Below are positions 46,589 to 56,446 of a stretch of 64,000 nt of DNA, in pieces. Origin of the DNA: Candidatus Poribacteria bacterium. GTDB lineage: Bacteria; Poribacteria; WGA-4E; WGA-3G. The notes under the pieces were generated by a model. That model had not been told where the DNA came from. It was given only the letters and a program-made list of their open reading frames with translations, and did not search any database. The stretch lies in NCBI GenBank assembly GCA_965205015.1, contig OZ242029.1:5024001-5088000 (forward strand). The letters are read 5' to 3'. Each line of letters begins with the position of its first letter. Within the stretch, counting starts at the first letter, position 1. The position numbers and the translations under genes were made by a program.

Positions 46589-49165
46589 ATGGAAATTACA
46601 CGTCCGATCCTACTTCTATTGCTCTTGCTACTACCGTTCCTTTACTACGGCTACCGGCGCAGCCTCGTGGATTTGTCGCAAACGCAGCGAGTCCTTAGCC
46701 TCATCACGCGGGTCATTATTGTCGTGTTGCTTATCTTGAGCAGTGCAGGCGTCCAATATCTGAAAACCGATAGCAAATTAGCGGTTCTGTTTTTGGCGGA
46801 TATCTCAGATAGCATATCAACCGACGGTTTGGTAGAGACAATGGATCATATCAATACAGCACTGAAATCACGCGATCCTAATCAAGAGGTGGGTCTCATC
46901 ACCTTTACCGATAGAACGGAGATCGTCCAGGATTCATTGAAAGATGGCAGAGAACTTCATGGGGAGTCGCAACTCACTGAAATCAAGAAAGAGTGGTTGG
47001 AGCTGGACGAGGACGTAGGTGACACGACAAACATCGCGCAAGCAATTGAGACTGCATGGGGGATTTTCCCCGCAAATGCGAATAAACGCATCGTCCTCAT
47101 CACCGATGGTGTTGAGACACAAGGGGATGCTGTTCACACGGCACTCCGCGGGAAAAGTTTTGGCATACAAATCGACACGGTGCCGATATATCCGAGCGAT
47201 GAACCGGAGGTCATGGTTCAGAGGCTTGAGATGCCCGCACACGTCAAGCAGGGCGCTCCGTTCAATGTAGAGGTGTGCATCCACAGTAACCATGAAGATG
47301 TGGCAGAGATCCGCCTCTTCAAGAACAAATTTGAGGTCGCGAAACAGGAGGTTCGGCTTGAGGCGGGTGAAAATCGGGTCGTATTTACCGAGACGGTTAT
47401 GGAGAGCGGCACCCTTACCTACGATGCTATCTGCCGCACAACGAGGGACACGCGCTATGATAACAACCGGGCACTCGGTATCGTCGCCGTCACAGGGAAA
47501 CCGAAAGTCCTTCTCATCGACGAGAACGAATCGCAAGCCCGTTACTTAGCACGTGCCCTGGAAGATGCCAAAATTCGTGTGGATGTCCGTAACGGATTAG
47601 GCGTGCCGAATGAACTCGCCGATCTGCAAAACTATGAACTCGTCATTTTCAGTGATGTGCCAGCGAACCGACTCACCCAAAATCAGATGGAGCTGATTCG
47701 CACTTACGTCCAAGACCTCGGTGGCGGTTTCATGATGCTCGGCAGTGAAAACAGTTTCGGGCTTGGTGGCTACTACAAAACGCCTATCGAAGGGATCTTG
47801 CCCGTCCGCACCGACACCGAAAAGAAGAAGGAAACACCATCGCTCGGAATGGTTTTGGTTATTGATAAATCGGGGAGTATGGGCGGGATTAAGATCGAAC
47901 TCGCCAAAGAGGCCTCGCGCGCAGCGGTTGAACTCCTCGGGCGGCGTGATAAAATCGGAATCGTCGCATTCGACGGTTCACCCTTCTGGATTTCAGAAAT
48001 GCATGATGCCTCCGACAAACAGTACCTTTCAGATCAGATCGGTTCACTCACTGCAGGGGGCGGTACAAATCTCTATCCGGCGCTTGAACAGGCATATTTC
48101 GCCCTCACAGAAACAACCGCGAAACTCAAGCACGTCATTGTTCTCAGCGATGGACAGTCCCAGGATGGCGACTGGTACGGGATTGCGAGTGCTATGCGGG
48201 CGGATCGCATCACGGTTTCAACGGTTGGCATCGGCAGCGGGGCTGATATGAATCTGCTCGGTAACCTCGCGAATTGGGGGGGCGGACGCGAGTACTTTAC
48301 ACAGGACCCGTATAACATCCCGCAGATTTTTGCGAAGGAGACTGTCACCGCCTCGAAATCCGCAATTATTGACGCACCCTTCATCCCACAGTATATTAAA
48401 CCGACCCAAGTTTTGAGTGGTATAGACCTTGAACTTGCCCCGTTTCTACTCGGCTACGTCGCAACACAGCCGCGACCGACCGCTGAAATATTTCTTGTCT
48501 CCGACCGCGGGGACCCGCTGCTCGCGAGTTGGCAATACGGTTTGGGGAAATCCGTCGCATTTACTTCTGATGCCAAAGCCCGTTGGGCATCCGATTGGTT
48601 GGAGTGGCCCGGCTACGGCAAATTCTGGACACAGTTGGTCCGCGATACAATGCGGAAGGCAACGCTCAGCAACTTTCAAGCGGAAATCAGCCAAGAAAAA
48701 GGGGTTGCCCACCTTGCAATTGATGCCCTTGATGATACCGGAGATTTTCTAAACGCACTTGAAAGCGAGATCTCCCTCATCTCTCCGGACCTCAAGAGGG
48801 AAGAACTCGCTGTCACGCAGACAGCACCCGGTCGATATGAACTTGATTTCCCGACACAAGAGGTGGGTCCCTATTTCCTGAATATCAGACAGAAACAGGC
48901 AGGCGACGTCGTTAACACCCAAGTGACTGGCACCGTCGTCTCTTACCCACAGGAGTACCTCGTTCACAACGCCAACGATGCCCTTCTAACCCAACTCGCC
49001 GCGGTATCGGGTGGGAAATTCAACGCGTCGCCCGAAGATGCCTTCCGTCCGCCTGAAGAACCCGTTGTGCTCCGCGTCCATCTATGGCGACCCTTCCTCA
49101 TCACTGCTCTGTTTCTGTTGCTTATAGACATCGCCTTGCGCCGAATTGATCTCAGACGCGGCTAA
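46589..49165 (+). CDS. Double vWA + glutamine amidotransferase-like domain membrane protein
   Basis: MIDAS DISDS and DKSGSM, ITDG/LSDG, GGGFMMLGSENSFGLGGY, YGLGKSVAFTSD, terminal TMs. Confidence 0.88.
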   Translation: MEITRPILLLLLLLLPFLYYGYRRSLVDLSQTQRVLSLITRVIIVVLLILSSAGVQYLKTDSKLAVLFLADISDSISTDGLVETMDHINTALKSRDPNQEVGLITFTDRTEIVQDSLKDGRELHGESQLTEIKKEWLELDEDVGDTTNIAQAIETAWGIFPANANKRIVLITDGVETQGDAVHTALRGKSFGIQIDTVPIYPSDEPEVMVQRLEMPAHVKQGAPFNVEVCIHSNHEDVAEIRLFKNKFEVAKQEVRLEAGENRVVFTETVMESGTLTYDAICRTTRDTRYDNNRALGIVAVTGKPKVLLIDENESQARYLARALEDAKIRVDVRNGLGVPNELADLQNYELVIFSDVPANRLTQNQMELIRTYVQDLGGGFMMLGSENSFGLGGYYKTPIEGILPVRTDTEKKKETPSLGMVLVIDKSGSMGGIKIELAKEASRAAVELLGRRDKIGIVAFDGSPFWISEMHDASDKQYLSDQIGSLTAGGGTNLYPALEQAYFALTETTAKLKHVIVLSDGQSQDGDWYGIASAMRADRITVSTVGIGSGADMNLLGNLANWGGGREYFTQDPYNIPQIFAKETVTASKSAIIDAPFIPQYIKPTQVLSGIDLELAPFLLGYVATQPRPTAEIFLVSDRGDPLLASWQYGLGKSVAFTSDAKARWASDWLEWPGYGKFWTQLVRDTMRKATLSNFQAEISQEKGVAHLAIDALDDTGDFLNALESEISLISPDLKREELAVTQTAPGRYELDFPTQEVGPYFLNIRQKQAGDVVNTQVTGTVVSYPQEYLVHNANDALLTQLAAVSGGKFNASPEDAFRPPEEPVVLRVHLWRPFLITALFLLLIDIALRRIDLRRG

Positions 49166-49184
49166 AATTGATAGGAGTTTACCG

Positions 49185-49874
49185 ATGGAAATTACAAAAT
49201 GGATTGCAAGCGCATCCTCAGAACATTTTACCTATAGAACAGAAGCAAAGCGTCCGTGGGACCCTGAAATGGTGCTTGAATTGTTGGAACAGACACATCG
49301 GAATTTTGAAAAACACATGGGACCGGGCTTGGATACTGTTATTGAGGTTGAAGACAGAATCTGTGAACCTAATAACTTGGGTGCGCGAGCCGAGATAAAC
49401 AAACAGGTTCATTCCGATCAAGAGTACACGATAGAGGTCAAATTTATCTGTGAATTTCCGCCGAACTATGGGCATGCACCGCAGGAGCAGGATCTCGCAT
49501 ACCATTTCTTTGTGCATGAACTTTTTCATTGCTGGATTGGTGGATCGGTATCAAACGGCTATGGATTGATCGTTGAAGCGGTTACTCAGTATATGACGGA
49601 TTGGGTACTCGTCCATTTGGGATGGTGCAGCGAGGATTTACGCATTCGGGGAAGAATAAACTGTCAGCAGATTATAGACAACGCAGACCCGCCACACACG
49701 ACAATCGCCAGATACAAACTCCTATTTGACCAGATGCACACCGCTGATCCAGAAACCCTACTCGCGTTCTGTAGAGATTTAGCCGACTGTTTCCGTCGAC
49801 AGCGAAGTCGAAAAGAAACCGATATATTTCCTGTTTTACAGCGATACTTGGGAACACGCTTGAAAGAAAATTAG
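49185..49874 (+). CDS. Putative gluzincin-type zinc metallopeptidase
   Basis: FVHELFHCW (HExxH) with downstream EAVTQY. RBS aggag before ATG 49185. Confidence 0.7.
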   Translation: MEITKWIASASSEHFTYRTEAKRPWDPEMVLELLEQTHRNFEKHMGPGLDTVIEVEDRICEPNNLGARAEINKQVHSDQEYTIEVKFICEFPPNYGHAPQEQDLAYHFFVHELFHCWIGGSVSNGYGLIVEAVTQYMTDWVLVHLGWCSEDLRIRGRINCQQIIDNADPPHTTIARYKLLFDQMHTADPETLLAFCRDLADCFRRQRSRKETDIFPVLQRYLGTRLKEN

Positions 49875-49891
49875 GAAACATTGCTTTCCCC

Positions 49892-50134
49892 AGCAACCGG
49901 TCGTTCGTCGTTGAAACACACAGTGACTACATGATTGACCGCGCCCGTATTGAAATCAGAAAGGGCAATATCTGTCCCGAAGATGTATCCCTAATCTATT
50001 TTGAACCGAAGGGACGAATTGTTAACGTACATAATATTGGTTTTGATAAGATAGCGAATCTAACCAATGTCCCAACACATTATAGAGACTTTTTCCTAAA
50101 AGAGTCTAAACGTCTCATGGGATTTGAGGATTAA
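49892..50134 (+). pseudogene. C-terminal fragment of an ABC/AAA_21-type ATPase (DUF3696-like tail)
   Basis: The frame upstream of ATG 49931 reads SNRSFVVETHSDYMIDRAR (H-loop ETHS), followed by V.LIYFE...I..D....L.N.P..YRDFF. No Walker A or B present. Confidence 0.7.
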
Positions 50135-50137
50135 ATA

Positions 50138-50566
50138 ATGTGCGTGATTTTGGATGCGAACACTTTTGGTAAATTCAGAAATGCAAACGATGAAGATATG
50201 GCCCCTGTATGGAAATGGTTAGATAACAGAAACGGCACAATTGTTTATTCTAACACTGAAAAATTTGAACATGAATGGGAGAGAGGTGGAATGAGCCACT
50301 TAAGAGACCAAATGATGCGGGCTGGTCAACTCAAATTGGTATCTGAAGGTGTAGAAGAAAAAGCAGATGAACTGAAAGGCGAAATAGCATCAAACGACGA
50401 ACATATTATTGCATTGGCTCTAATAGCCGGGGTAAAGGTGATGGTATCCTACCCTGAGGACGATAGGGATTTATTCACGGATTTTAAGAATCGTGAGTTG
50501 GTTGGAGGCAAAGTGTATACAAGAAAGCAACATGCACATTTGTTGAAGAAGGATACCTGTCCTTGA
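50138..50566 (+). CDS. PIN-like domain protein
   Basis: MCVILDAN, SNDEHIIALAL, D.DL..DF acidic PIN pattern. Confidence 0.7.
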   Translation: MCVILDANTFGKFRNANDEDMAPVWKWLDNRNGTIVYSNTEKFEHEWERGGMSHLRDQMMRAGQLKLVSEGVEEKADELKGEIASNDEHIIALALIAGVKVMVSYPEDDRDLFTDFKNRELVGGKVYTRKQHAHLLKKDTCP

Positions 50567-50572
50567 AATGAA

Positions 50573-50602
50573 GTAGTGCGGGCTGCTAAAACCTCGCACT
50601 AC
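50573..50602. repeat. GTAG REP-like hairpin between convergent genes (possible terminator)
   Basis: gtagtgcg...cgcactac inverted repeat. Confidence 0.55.
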
Positions 50603-50616
50603 CACACAACCTGTCT

Positions 50617-52290
50617 TTAAGAAGGCATCCACGTCCGGGGTGCAATCCCTTCCACATGCGTTTTCACATCCACAACCGCCGGTCTCCCCGAATCGAGTGC
50701 CTGATCCAACGCACCTGCGAGTTCACTCGGTTTATTGACAGTAATTCCGAGACATCCCATTGATTCCGCCATCTTCGCAAAGTCCGCATCTGGGAACAAC
50801 CAGAGTTCATCGGAACCCGCCGTGCGCCCACCGTAGACGGACTCAACACCGCCCTGCTCCTGATTCAGTGAGTGATTGTTGTTCACAACGATAACAGCGT
50901 TAATCCCGGACTTCATTGCCGTATCGAGTTCCGCGATATGATACCAGATGCCGCCGTCGCCTGTGAAACAGATCACCGGTCTATCGGGTTGCGCGCACTT
51001 CGCACCCATCGCCGCGGGGAGTCCCCACCCCAACGAGCCTGAGCAGCGGATGAAACTCTGATCGGGGTGTTTGAAGTCGATCATCGTGCCTGTCCAGATA
51101 CCTGAATGCCCTGTGTCGGAGACGAGGATCGCGTCTGACGGCAGATAGTCCGTCAGTTCACGACAGAGCCGTTCGGGTAGCATCGGCAACCGTTCCGAAT
51201 TCACTTTTTCACTGACCTCGTCTTTCCAGTTTTGCACCAATTCTTGGACGCGACTCACCCATCCCGTCCGCGGTTCGGCGGTTTCTGACGCTTCGAGCAT
51301 CCGGCGGAGTGTGTTCCGCACGTCTCCCTGCATCCCTAACTGGATAGGATAATTTCGTCCGAGTTCATCAGGGTTAATGTCGAGTTGTATAATCGGTGTG
51401 CCTTGTGGCGGGATCTTGTATCCGTTGGTTACCTGTCCACCGGTATGACTTCCGATGAAGAAGACAAGGTCTGCTTCGCATACGGCTTGGTTGGCGCACG
51501 CCCGCGAGTATGAACCCGGTGTCCCGACTGCCAGTGGATGGTCGCTCGGGAACATCGCCTTTGCATTCAGGGAGGTCGCCACTGGAATCGAGAGTTTCTC
51601 TGCCACTGCGACGAGTTCTGCGCGTGCGTCCGAAGCCGTTACGCCACCCCCTGCCACAATGATGGGGCGTTCCGCATCGGAGAGAAGTCTAAGGGCTTCC
51701 GTTACCTTTTCTGCTTCTGCTTCCGGTCGGAACGGCGGTAATTGGGTAAACGCCTCTTCAATGATCACCTCAAGTTCGCCTTCTCGATCAATAACTGATG
51801 TCCCAGCGATGCCTTCAAAATCGAGGTGTGCGGGTCCCGGTGTTCCTGTTGTCGCCGCACGGAAGGCTTGACGGAGATAGAAGGGCAGCTGCTCCGGTGT
51901 CGCGACGTAAGCACTGTATTTCGTGACAGCAGAGAACGGGTTGACGTGATCCACCTCTTGATAAGCGTGCCGTTGTTGATTGATTTGATTTTCCTTACCG
52001 GTAATCGCAATCACCGGCGCGCAAGCGAGATAGGCATCTTGTAACCCCGCAGCGAGGTTCACGGCACCGACCGATTGTGCCATGCAGAGGCTCGGCGCGC
52101 GGTTCACACGGGCATAAGCGTCAGCCATGTATGCTGCGGCTTTCTCGCCGTGCGTCTGAACCCGCTTAATCCCAAGACTTTCCATCTCCATTAAAGTCCG
52201 CGGTCCGATATACGGCATAAAAAAAACGTGCGTAATTCCATATCCGTGGACGGTATCAGCAATAAATTTAGCACCTGTCATTTTCGGCAT
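50617..52290 (-). CDS. Thiamine diphosphate-dependent enzyme (acetolactate synthase-like)
   Basis: HGEKAAAYMADAYAR, PGP, GSLGWGLPAAMGAK, TGDGG...NN. Confidence 0.92.
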   Translation of the reverse strand: MPKMTGAKFIADTVHGYGITHVFFMPYIGPRTLMEMESLGIKRVQTHGEKAAAYMADAYARVNRAPSLCMAQSVGAVNLAAGLQDAYLACAPVIAITGKENQINQQRHAYQEVDHVNPFSAVTKYSAYVATPEQLPFYLRQAFRAATTGTPGPAHLDFEGIAGTSVIDREGELEVIIEEAFTQLPPFRPEAEAEKVTEALRLLSDAERPIIVAGGGVTASDARAELVAVAEKLSIPVATSLNAKAMFPSDHPLAVGTPGSYSRACANQAVCEADLVFFIGSHTGGQVTNGYKIPPQGTPIIQLDINPDELGRNYPIQLGMQGDVRNTLRRMLEASETAEPRTGWVSRVQELVQNWKDEVSEKVNSERLPMLPERLCRELTDYLPSDAILVSDTGHSGIWTGTMIDFKHPDQSFIRCSGSLGWGLPAAMGAKCAQPDRPVICFTGDGGIWYHIAELDTAMKSGINAVIVVNNNHSLNQEQGGVESVYGGRTAGSDELWLFPDADFAKMAESMGCLGITVNKPSELAGALDQALDSGRPAVVDVKTHVEGIAPRTWMPS

Positions 52291-52545
52291 AGTTCTTTTG
52301 TCTCCCTTTTCGCAACTTGCTATTAGAAGTCGGCGTGGTTTACAACGCTATGTGAAATCCATTTTACCAGTTTTCGGTGTAACGTGCAAGCGTGAACTTA
52401 GCATCGGAATAAATTTGGTAAGAAATCGCCAGAGGTGCTATAATTGTCTCATCAATTTTAAATGCAAACTTTAGACATCATGAACCACACCAGAAATTTT
52501 CCATGGATGCGGAAATAAACCCGCTTCCGCGAGGGGGAAAGCACT

Positions 52546-53388
52546 ATGAAAAGGCCAATCTGTTTTCTCTTATTCACGCTAACGATCGCTATACTTTCCC
52601 ACAATGGGTATACAGGAACCGTAGTGACAGATGGACTCGTGAGTTATTGGACGTTTGATCGGCAGGACATCGCCGGTGGCACAGTCAAAGATGTCTGGGG
52701 CGAGAATGACGGCACGATCGTCGGTGCCCCGAAAATCGTCGGCGGACAGGTCGGAGAGGCACTTGAATTTGATGGAAACGATGATTATGTCAACTTAACA
52801 AACCTCGGCAATTTTGGCGAGCAGGTCGGGGCATCTACCTTTGAAGCCTGGGTTAAAACCGATTTCAAAAAAGATTGGACAACCCTCTTCAAAGTGCTTG
52901 ATCAGGGATGCAATATGGCGTGGGCAATCGATGTCAATCGGAGTGCGAAAGCGGGTTTCCCGCTTGCTGAGGACATTGTCCACTACTACGTTCGCCAGAA
53001 ATCACCTGCGGGGTGCAACGCCATCGCCGTTGAAATTGAGTTCGCCTTGTCGGATGGCAAATGGCACCACATCGTTTTCGCAATTGTGGACGCCGGCAAG
53101 TCCGAGGTCGGTATCTATATGGACGGTGAGCCGCAGGAAGTTATCGAAGGGGCTGTGAAAGATCTCGACACCTTTATTCCGTTTGTGGAACCGGTCTATA
53201 TCGGCGCAGCAAACAATCGCGGCAAGGTTGAGAGGCATTTCTCCGGGATCATCGATGAAGTCCGCATTTACGATCGACCCCTTACCGCAGCCGAAGTGAC
53301 TCGGAATTTTGAGTCGAAAATCGGGTTATCCGTTCAAGCAGCTGAGAAACTGCCCCTTGTCTGGGCGACGCTCAAAACAGCAAGGTAA
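52546..53388 (+). CDS. Secreted LamG/concanavalin-like domain protein
   Basis: Signal peptide; GLVSYWTFD, ALEFDG.DDYV, WHHIV, IDEVRIYDRPLT; tail SVQAAEKLPLVWATLK. Confidence 0.88.
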   Translation: MKRPICFLLFTLTIAILSHNGYTGTVVTDGLVSYWTFDRQDIAGGTVKDVWGENDGTIVGAPKIVGGQVGEALEFDGNDDYVNLTNLGNFGEQVGASTFEAWVKTDFKKDWTTLFKVLDQGCNMAWAIDVNRSAKAGFPLAEDIVHYYVRQKSPAGCNAIAVEIEFALSDGKWHHIVFAIVDAGKSEVGIYMDGEPQEVIEGAVKDLDTFIPFVEPVYIGAANNRGKVERHFSGIIDEVRIYDRPLTAAEVTRNFESKIGLSVQAAEKLPLVWATLKTAR

Positions 53389-53392
53389 CACT

Positions 53393-54178
53393 ATGCTAAC
53401 ATCTCACGAAAAATGGTTCTTTGATCACCACGGATTCATTATCCTCCGCAAAGTCGTTCCGTCTGAGGATATCGAGCGAATGATTGAACTTGGCAACCAG
53501 TGGCATGACATGACGCTTGATGAGCTACCGCCACCGCTCACCTCTACATCTCGGACGGGCAAACGTTCACCGACGATTGCCCATTGGATTAATCATATCC
53601 AATACGGCGACCCTGTTTTCCAACGGCTTGTGCTGAATCGAGAGATTCTGCGCGTGATTGTTGCCCTCACGCGAGGGGCTCCGTGCCTTGTTGATTGCGC
53701 CTTGACCAAGAATTACAAAACCTCCGATGACATCCATTTCCACGCCGCCGGTCAAGATTACAGTGTAGAGAAATCAGGACCCCGAGCAGGCTTTCTCAAC
53801 ACGGCTATCTCACTGGTGGATGTGCCACCGGGGACGGGATTTGTCTGTCTACCGGGAAGCCATAAGCGCAACTTTGAGCCACCCGATAACCTCTCCATCT
53901 ACGACGGACCGCCTACGGTTGTCAATGTCCCCGTCAATGCTGGCGATTGTGTCGTCTTTACAGAAGCACTCTATCACGGTGGAAGACGCTGGACAGAATC
54001 CTATCCGCGCTTCACTATTTTTAACCGCTATATTGATAACGCATCACACAATTCCCTTCCCATTGAAAGCCATAAACACCTGATTCCCGATGAGGTCTAT
54101 GAATTAGAACAACCCGCGGTTCAGGGACAACGAAAACGGGTTGTAGAACGCATCTTGAGTGAATTGGACGCACGCTGA
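53393..54178 (+). CDS. PhyH family Fe(II)/2OG oxygenase with non-canonical HxA motif
   Basis: FFDHHGFIILR, FHAAG, LPGSHK, AGDCVVFTEALYHG, distal R. Confidence 0.82.
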   Translation: MLTSHEKWFFDHHGFIILRKVVPSEDIERMIELGNQWHDMTLDELPPPLTSTSRTGKRSPTIAHWINHIQYGDPVFQRLVLNREILRVIVALTRGAPCLVDCALTKNYKTSDDIHFHAAGQDYSVEKSGPRAGFLNTAISLVDVPPGTGFVCLPGSHKRNFEPPDNLSIYDGPPTVVNVPVNAGDCVVFTEALYHGGRRWTESYPRFTIFNRYIDNASHNSLPIESHKHLIPDEVYELEQPAVQGQRKRVVERILSELDAR

Positions 54179-54187
54179 GGTGTTGCG

Positions 54188-56326
54188 ATGCAAACACACC
54201 TGCCTACTGAACATGAACCATATCCAATCGGTGAACCCGGACAAATGGCGATGTATCGCCATGAAAGTGAGCACTCGCTACCGAACACCGTTGTAAAGAC
54301 GCTGACTGTAGCGATCGGTGCGATTGCGGAAAATGCGGGTGTGCTGTCCCAATGGATCTGTCTCCGTGCAACGAAAGCATCCGGTGAAAAATTCGCAGTC
54401 TGGTTGCTCGGCGAAAACGTACCGTCCGAGGATCTGAAGGGAGACCGCGCAACCACATCTCGCTATATCCTACAGATTGGGGACGACATTCCCTTGGAAT
54501 TTCGAGATAAGTTTACTGAGAAACCTGTTCTTCCCGGTCTCGGTGCGTGGCGATATCTTTTCCCGAAACCTGCGGACAAAGAAGCACCAAGTGCTCTCTT
54601 TCCACAAACGGTAAAATATCTCGGACATACCTATCGACTGACACACATATCCGACTCAGACGAATCTGTCGTACCACCGGACACACAACGCCTTTCCCTC
54701 CGTCCGGATGTCCTCATCGGACCGCCCAGCAACACGAGACAGAAAGACGAAACGCGTCGTTACGATATGTCTGATTATGAACTCATTCAACTCACTGAAA
54801 CCGATTACGTTGAAATGATTGGGGCGGGGATCAACTGTGTTCGTGTGGATACCGAACAGGTCGAATGGGTTAAAAATCGAGACGTTTTTTACTGGGGAAT
54901 CGACGCGGTGACACTCGGTTATCCTGAGTGTTTATACCGAAGCAACTACCTCGGTCCTGCCCTTTTCATGGACGAACCCGCTGTCTGCACGCGGGACCAT
55001 GTGCTTCGTCCTCAGCTGGAAGCGGATCCTGACTTTCGGAAAGCAGTGACACCGCAACTCGCGTTTGAGGCGTTTCAAGATTACTTCCATACCGCCAAAT
55101 ACGATGGCGCACCGACACGGCTATGCAAAGGCTTAGAAGCGCATCCGGATGTAGAGGTGGGAGATATGCAGTTTCTTCAGGAGAATCTATATACGTGGGA
55201 GACCATCATCAGTTCGGCGGCATATCAACTCTCAGAGGGAGACACGGAATCTCCTGCCGCAATAGTCTTTGAACCACCCGGTAGAGTCGGGACGATGCGA
55301 ACGCTACCCGAAATGAATATGACGTACGGTTGCCAGATCCCGATAGACACCCCGAAGCATCTGGCGAGTATCCTCTACGGGTTCCTGCGCGGTGCTGCCC
55401 GACAAACCGATAAAAGTTGGGGTATGAGTATCTACGGACAGGTCCACCGCGCCGACGCGTTCTGGCTACAGACATACGCTTACGATTTGGGTGCGCGGCA
55501 TTTCCATTACTGGGACAACTACCAACTCGCCTGTGTGCCTTACGGTGAAATCCTCGCACTTTCACGAAATTTAAGTGCTCACGCCGAAAGCCATCCGCAT
55601 AGAAATCTTGATGCGTTACGCAGAGCGGCAGAAACGGTTATCCTCCTACCGCCCGGCTACAACTTGGGACATGTTGAGATGGGCAGGGGAAATCTCTGGG
55701 GGTTAGGCGAACTCAATTTGGAACGGCGCAATAGAGAGGATGTCAAATACCGCACCGTAATGCACAACTTCTTCACCGAAATTGAGAGAGCGATTCGACT
55801 CGGTGTTGCGTTTGACCTTGTCTGGAATTTAGAAGGACTTGAGTTATCCGATTATCGCGAAGTCGTCCGAATTCGGGAGGACGGTAAGGTTGAGGTCCAT
55901 GAGGACAATGATATGGTTTTACACGACAGTGCGAGGATACCCACCCGTCCAACCGGCACGTCGCCGACCTTAGCTGTTGATGCTTCTATACTGCAAACCG
56001 ATGCCTCATTTGAAGTCCATGCCTGTGCCACTGTAACCAAAGGATCCGCCGCTGTTTACTACACGCGGGGCGCAGACAAAAACGGTATCTACAATAACGA
56101 GATGGTGCTTTGGGAATTGTTCGGTCCAGAGGAAGAGGATTACCGTTTCCTGAACAGAGATCACTCCGAAATTCGCATCGCTCAAACGGAAGCGGTAGCC
56201 GAGGTGGAGATTCGTTTTCCCCTTAAACGCCCTGGGAATTATCGGCTCCGAGTCGCAACCGTTGACATGGCAGGACGCACAGCAGTCGCATGGGACACTA
56301 TTACTATGCCTGATAAACACGTCTGA
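54188..56326 (+). CDS. Hypothetical protein, possible glycoside hydrolase-like barrel
   Basis: 712-aa ORF with normal codon usage; GINCVRV, FMDEP, AYDLGARHFHYW; C-terminal Ig-like strands. Confidence 0.55.
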   Translation: MQTHLPTEHEPYPIGEPGQMAMYRHESEHSLPNTVVKTLTVAIGAIAENAGVLSQWICLRATKASGEKFAVWLLGENVPSEDLKGDRATTSRYILQIGDDIPLEFRDKFTEKPVLPGLGAWRYLFPKPADKEAPSALFPQTVKYLGHTYRLTHISDSDESVVPPDTQRLSLRPDVLIGPPSNTRQKDETRRYDMSDYELIQLTETDYVEMIGAGINCVRVDTEQVEWVKNRDVFYWGIDAVTLGYPECLYRSNYLGPALFMDEPAVCTRDHVLRPQLEADPDFRKAVTPQLAFEAFQDYFHTAKYDGAPTRLCKGLEAHPDVEVGDMQFLQENLYTWETIISSAAYQLSEGDTESPAAIVFEPPGRVGTMRTLPEMNMTYGCQIPIDTPKHLASILYGFLRGAARQTDKSWGMSIYGQVHRADAFWLQTYAYDLGARHFHYWDNYQLACVPYGEILALSRNLSAHAESHPHRNLDALRRAAETVILLPPGYNLGHVEMGRGNLWGLGELNLERRNREDVKYRTVMHNFFTEIERAIRLGVAFDLVWNLEGLELSDYREVVRIREDGKVEVHEDNDMVLHDSARIPTRPTGTSPTLAVDASILQTDASFEVHACATVTKGSAAVYYTRGADKNGIYNNEMVLWELFGPEEEDYRFLNRDHSEIRIAQTEAVAEVEIRFPLKRPGNYRLRVATVDMAGRTAVAWDTITMPDKHV

Positions 56327-56379
56327 CCTCACTTTTTCCTCATTTTGATTGTAAAATTTTCCATAAATCTTGTGTTTTA

Positions 56380-56415
56380 TGCAACCTTCCTCCCTGCAGC
56401 ACATCTCTTAATATT
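56380..56415 (+). promoter_or_regulatory. Candidate autoregulatory ECF promoter
   Basis: TGCAAC-16-CATCT-cttaatatt, 30 nt upstream of the ECF sigma gene. Confidence 0.5.
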
Positions 56416-56446
56416 ATGAGAGACAACATGTTTTTGGAGGTGACGC

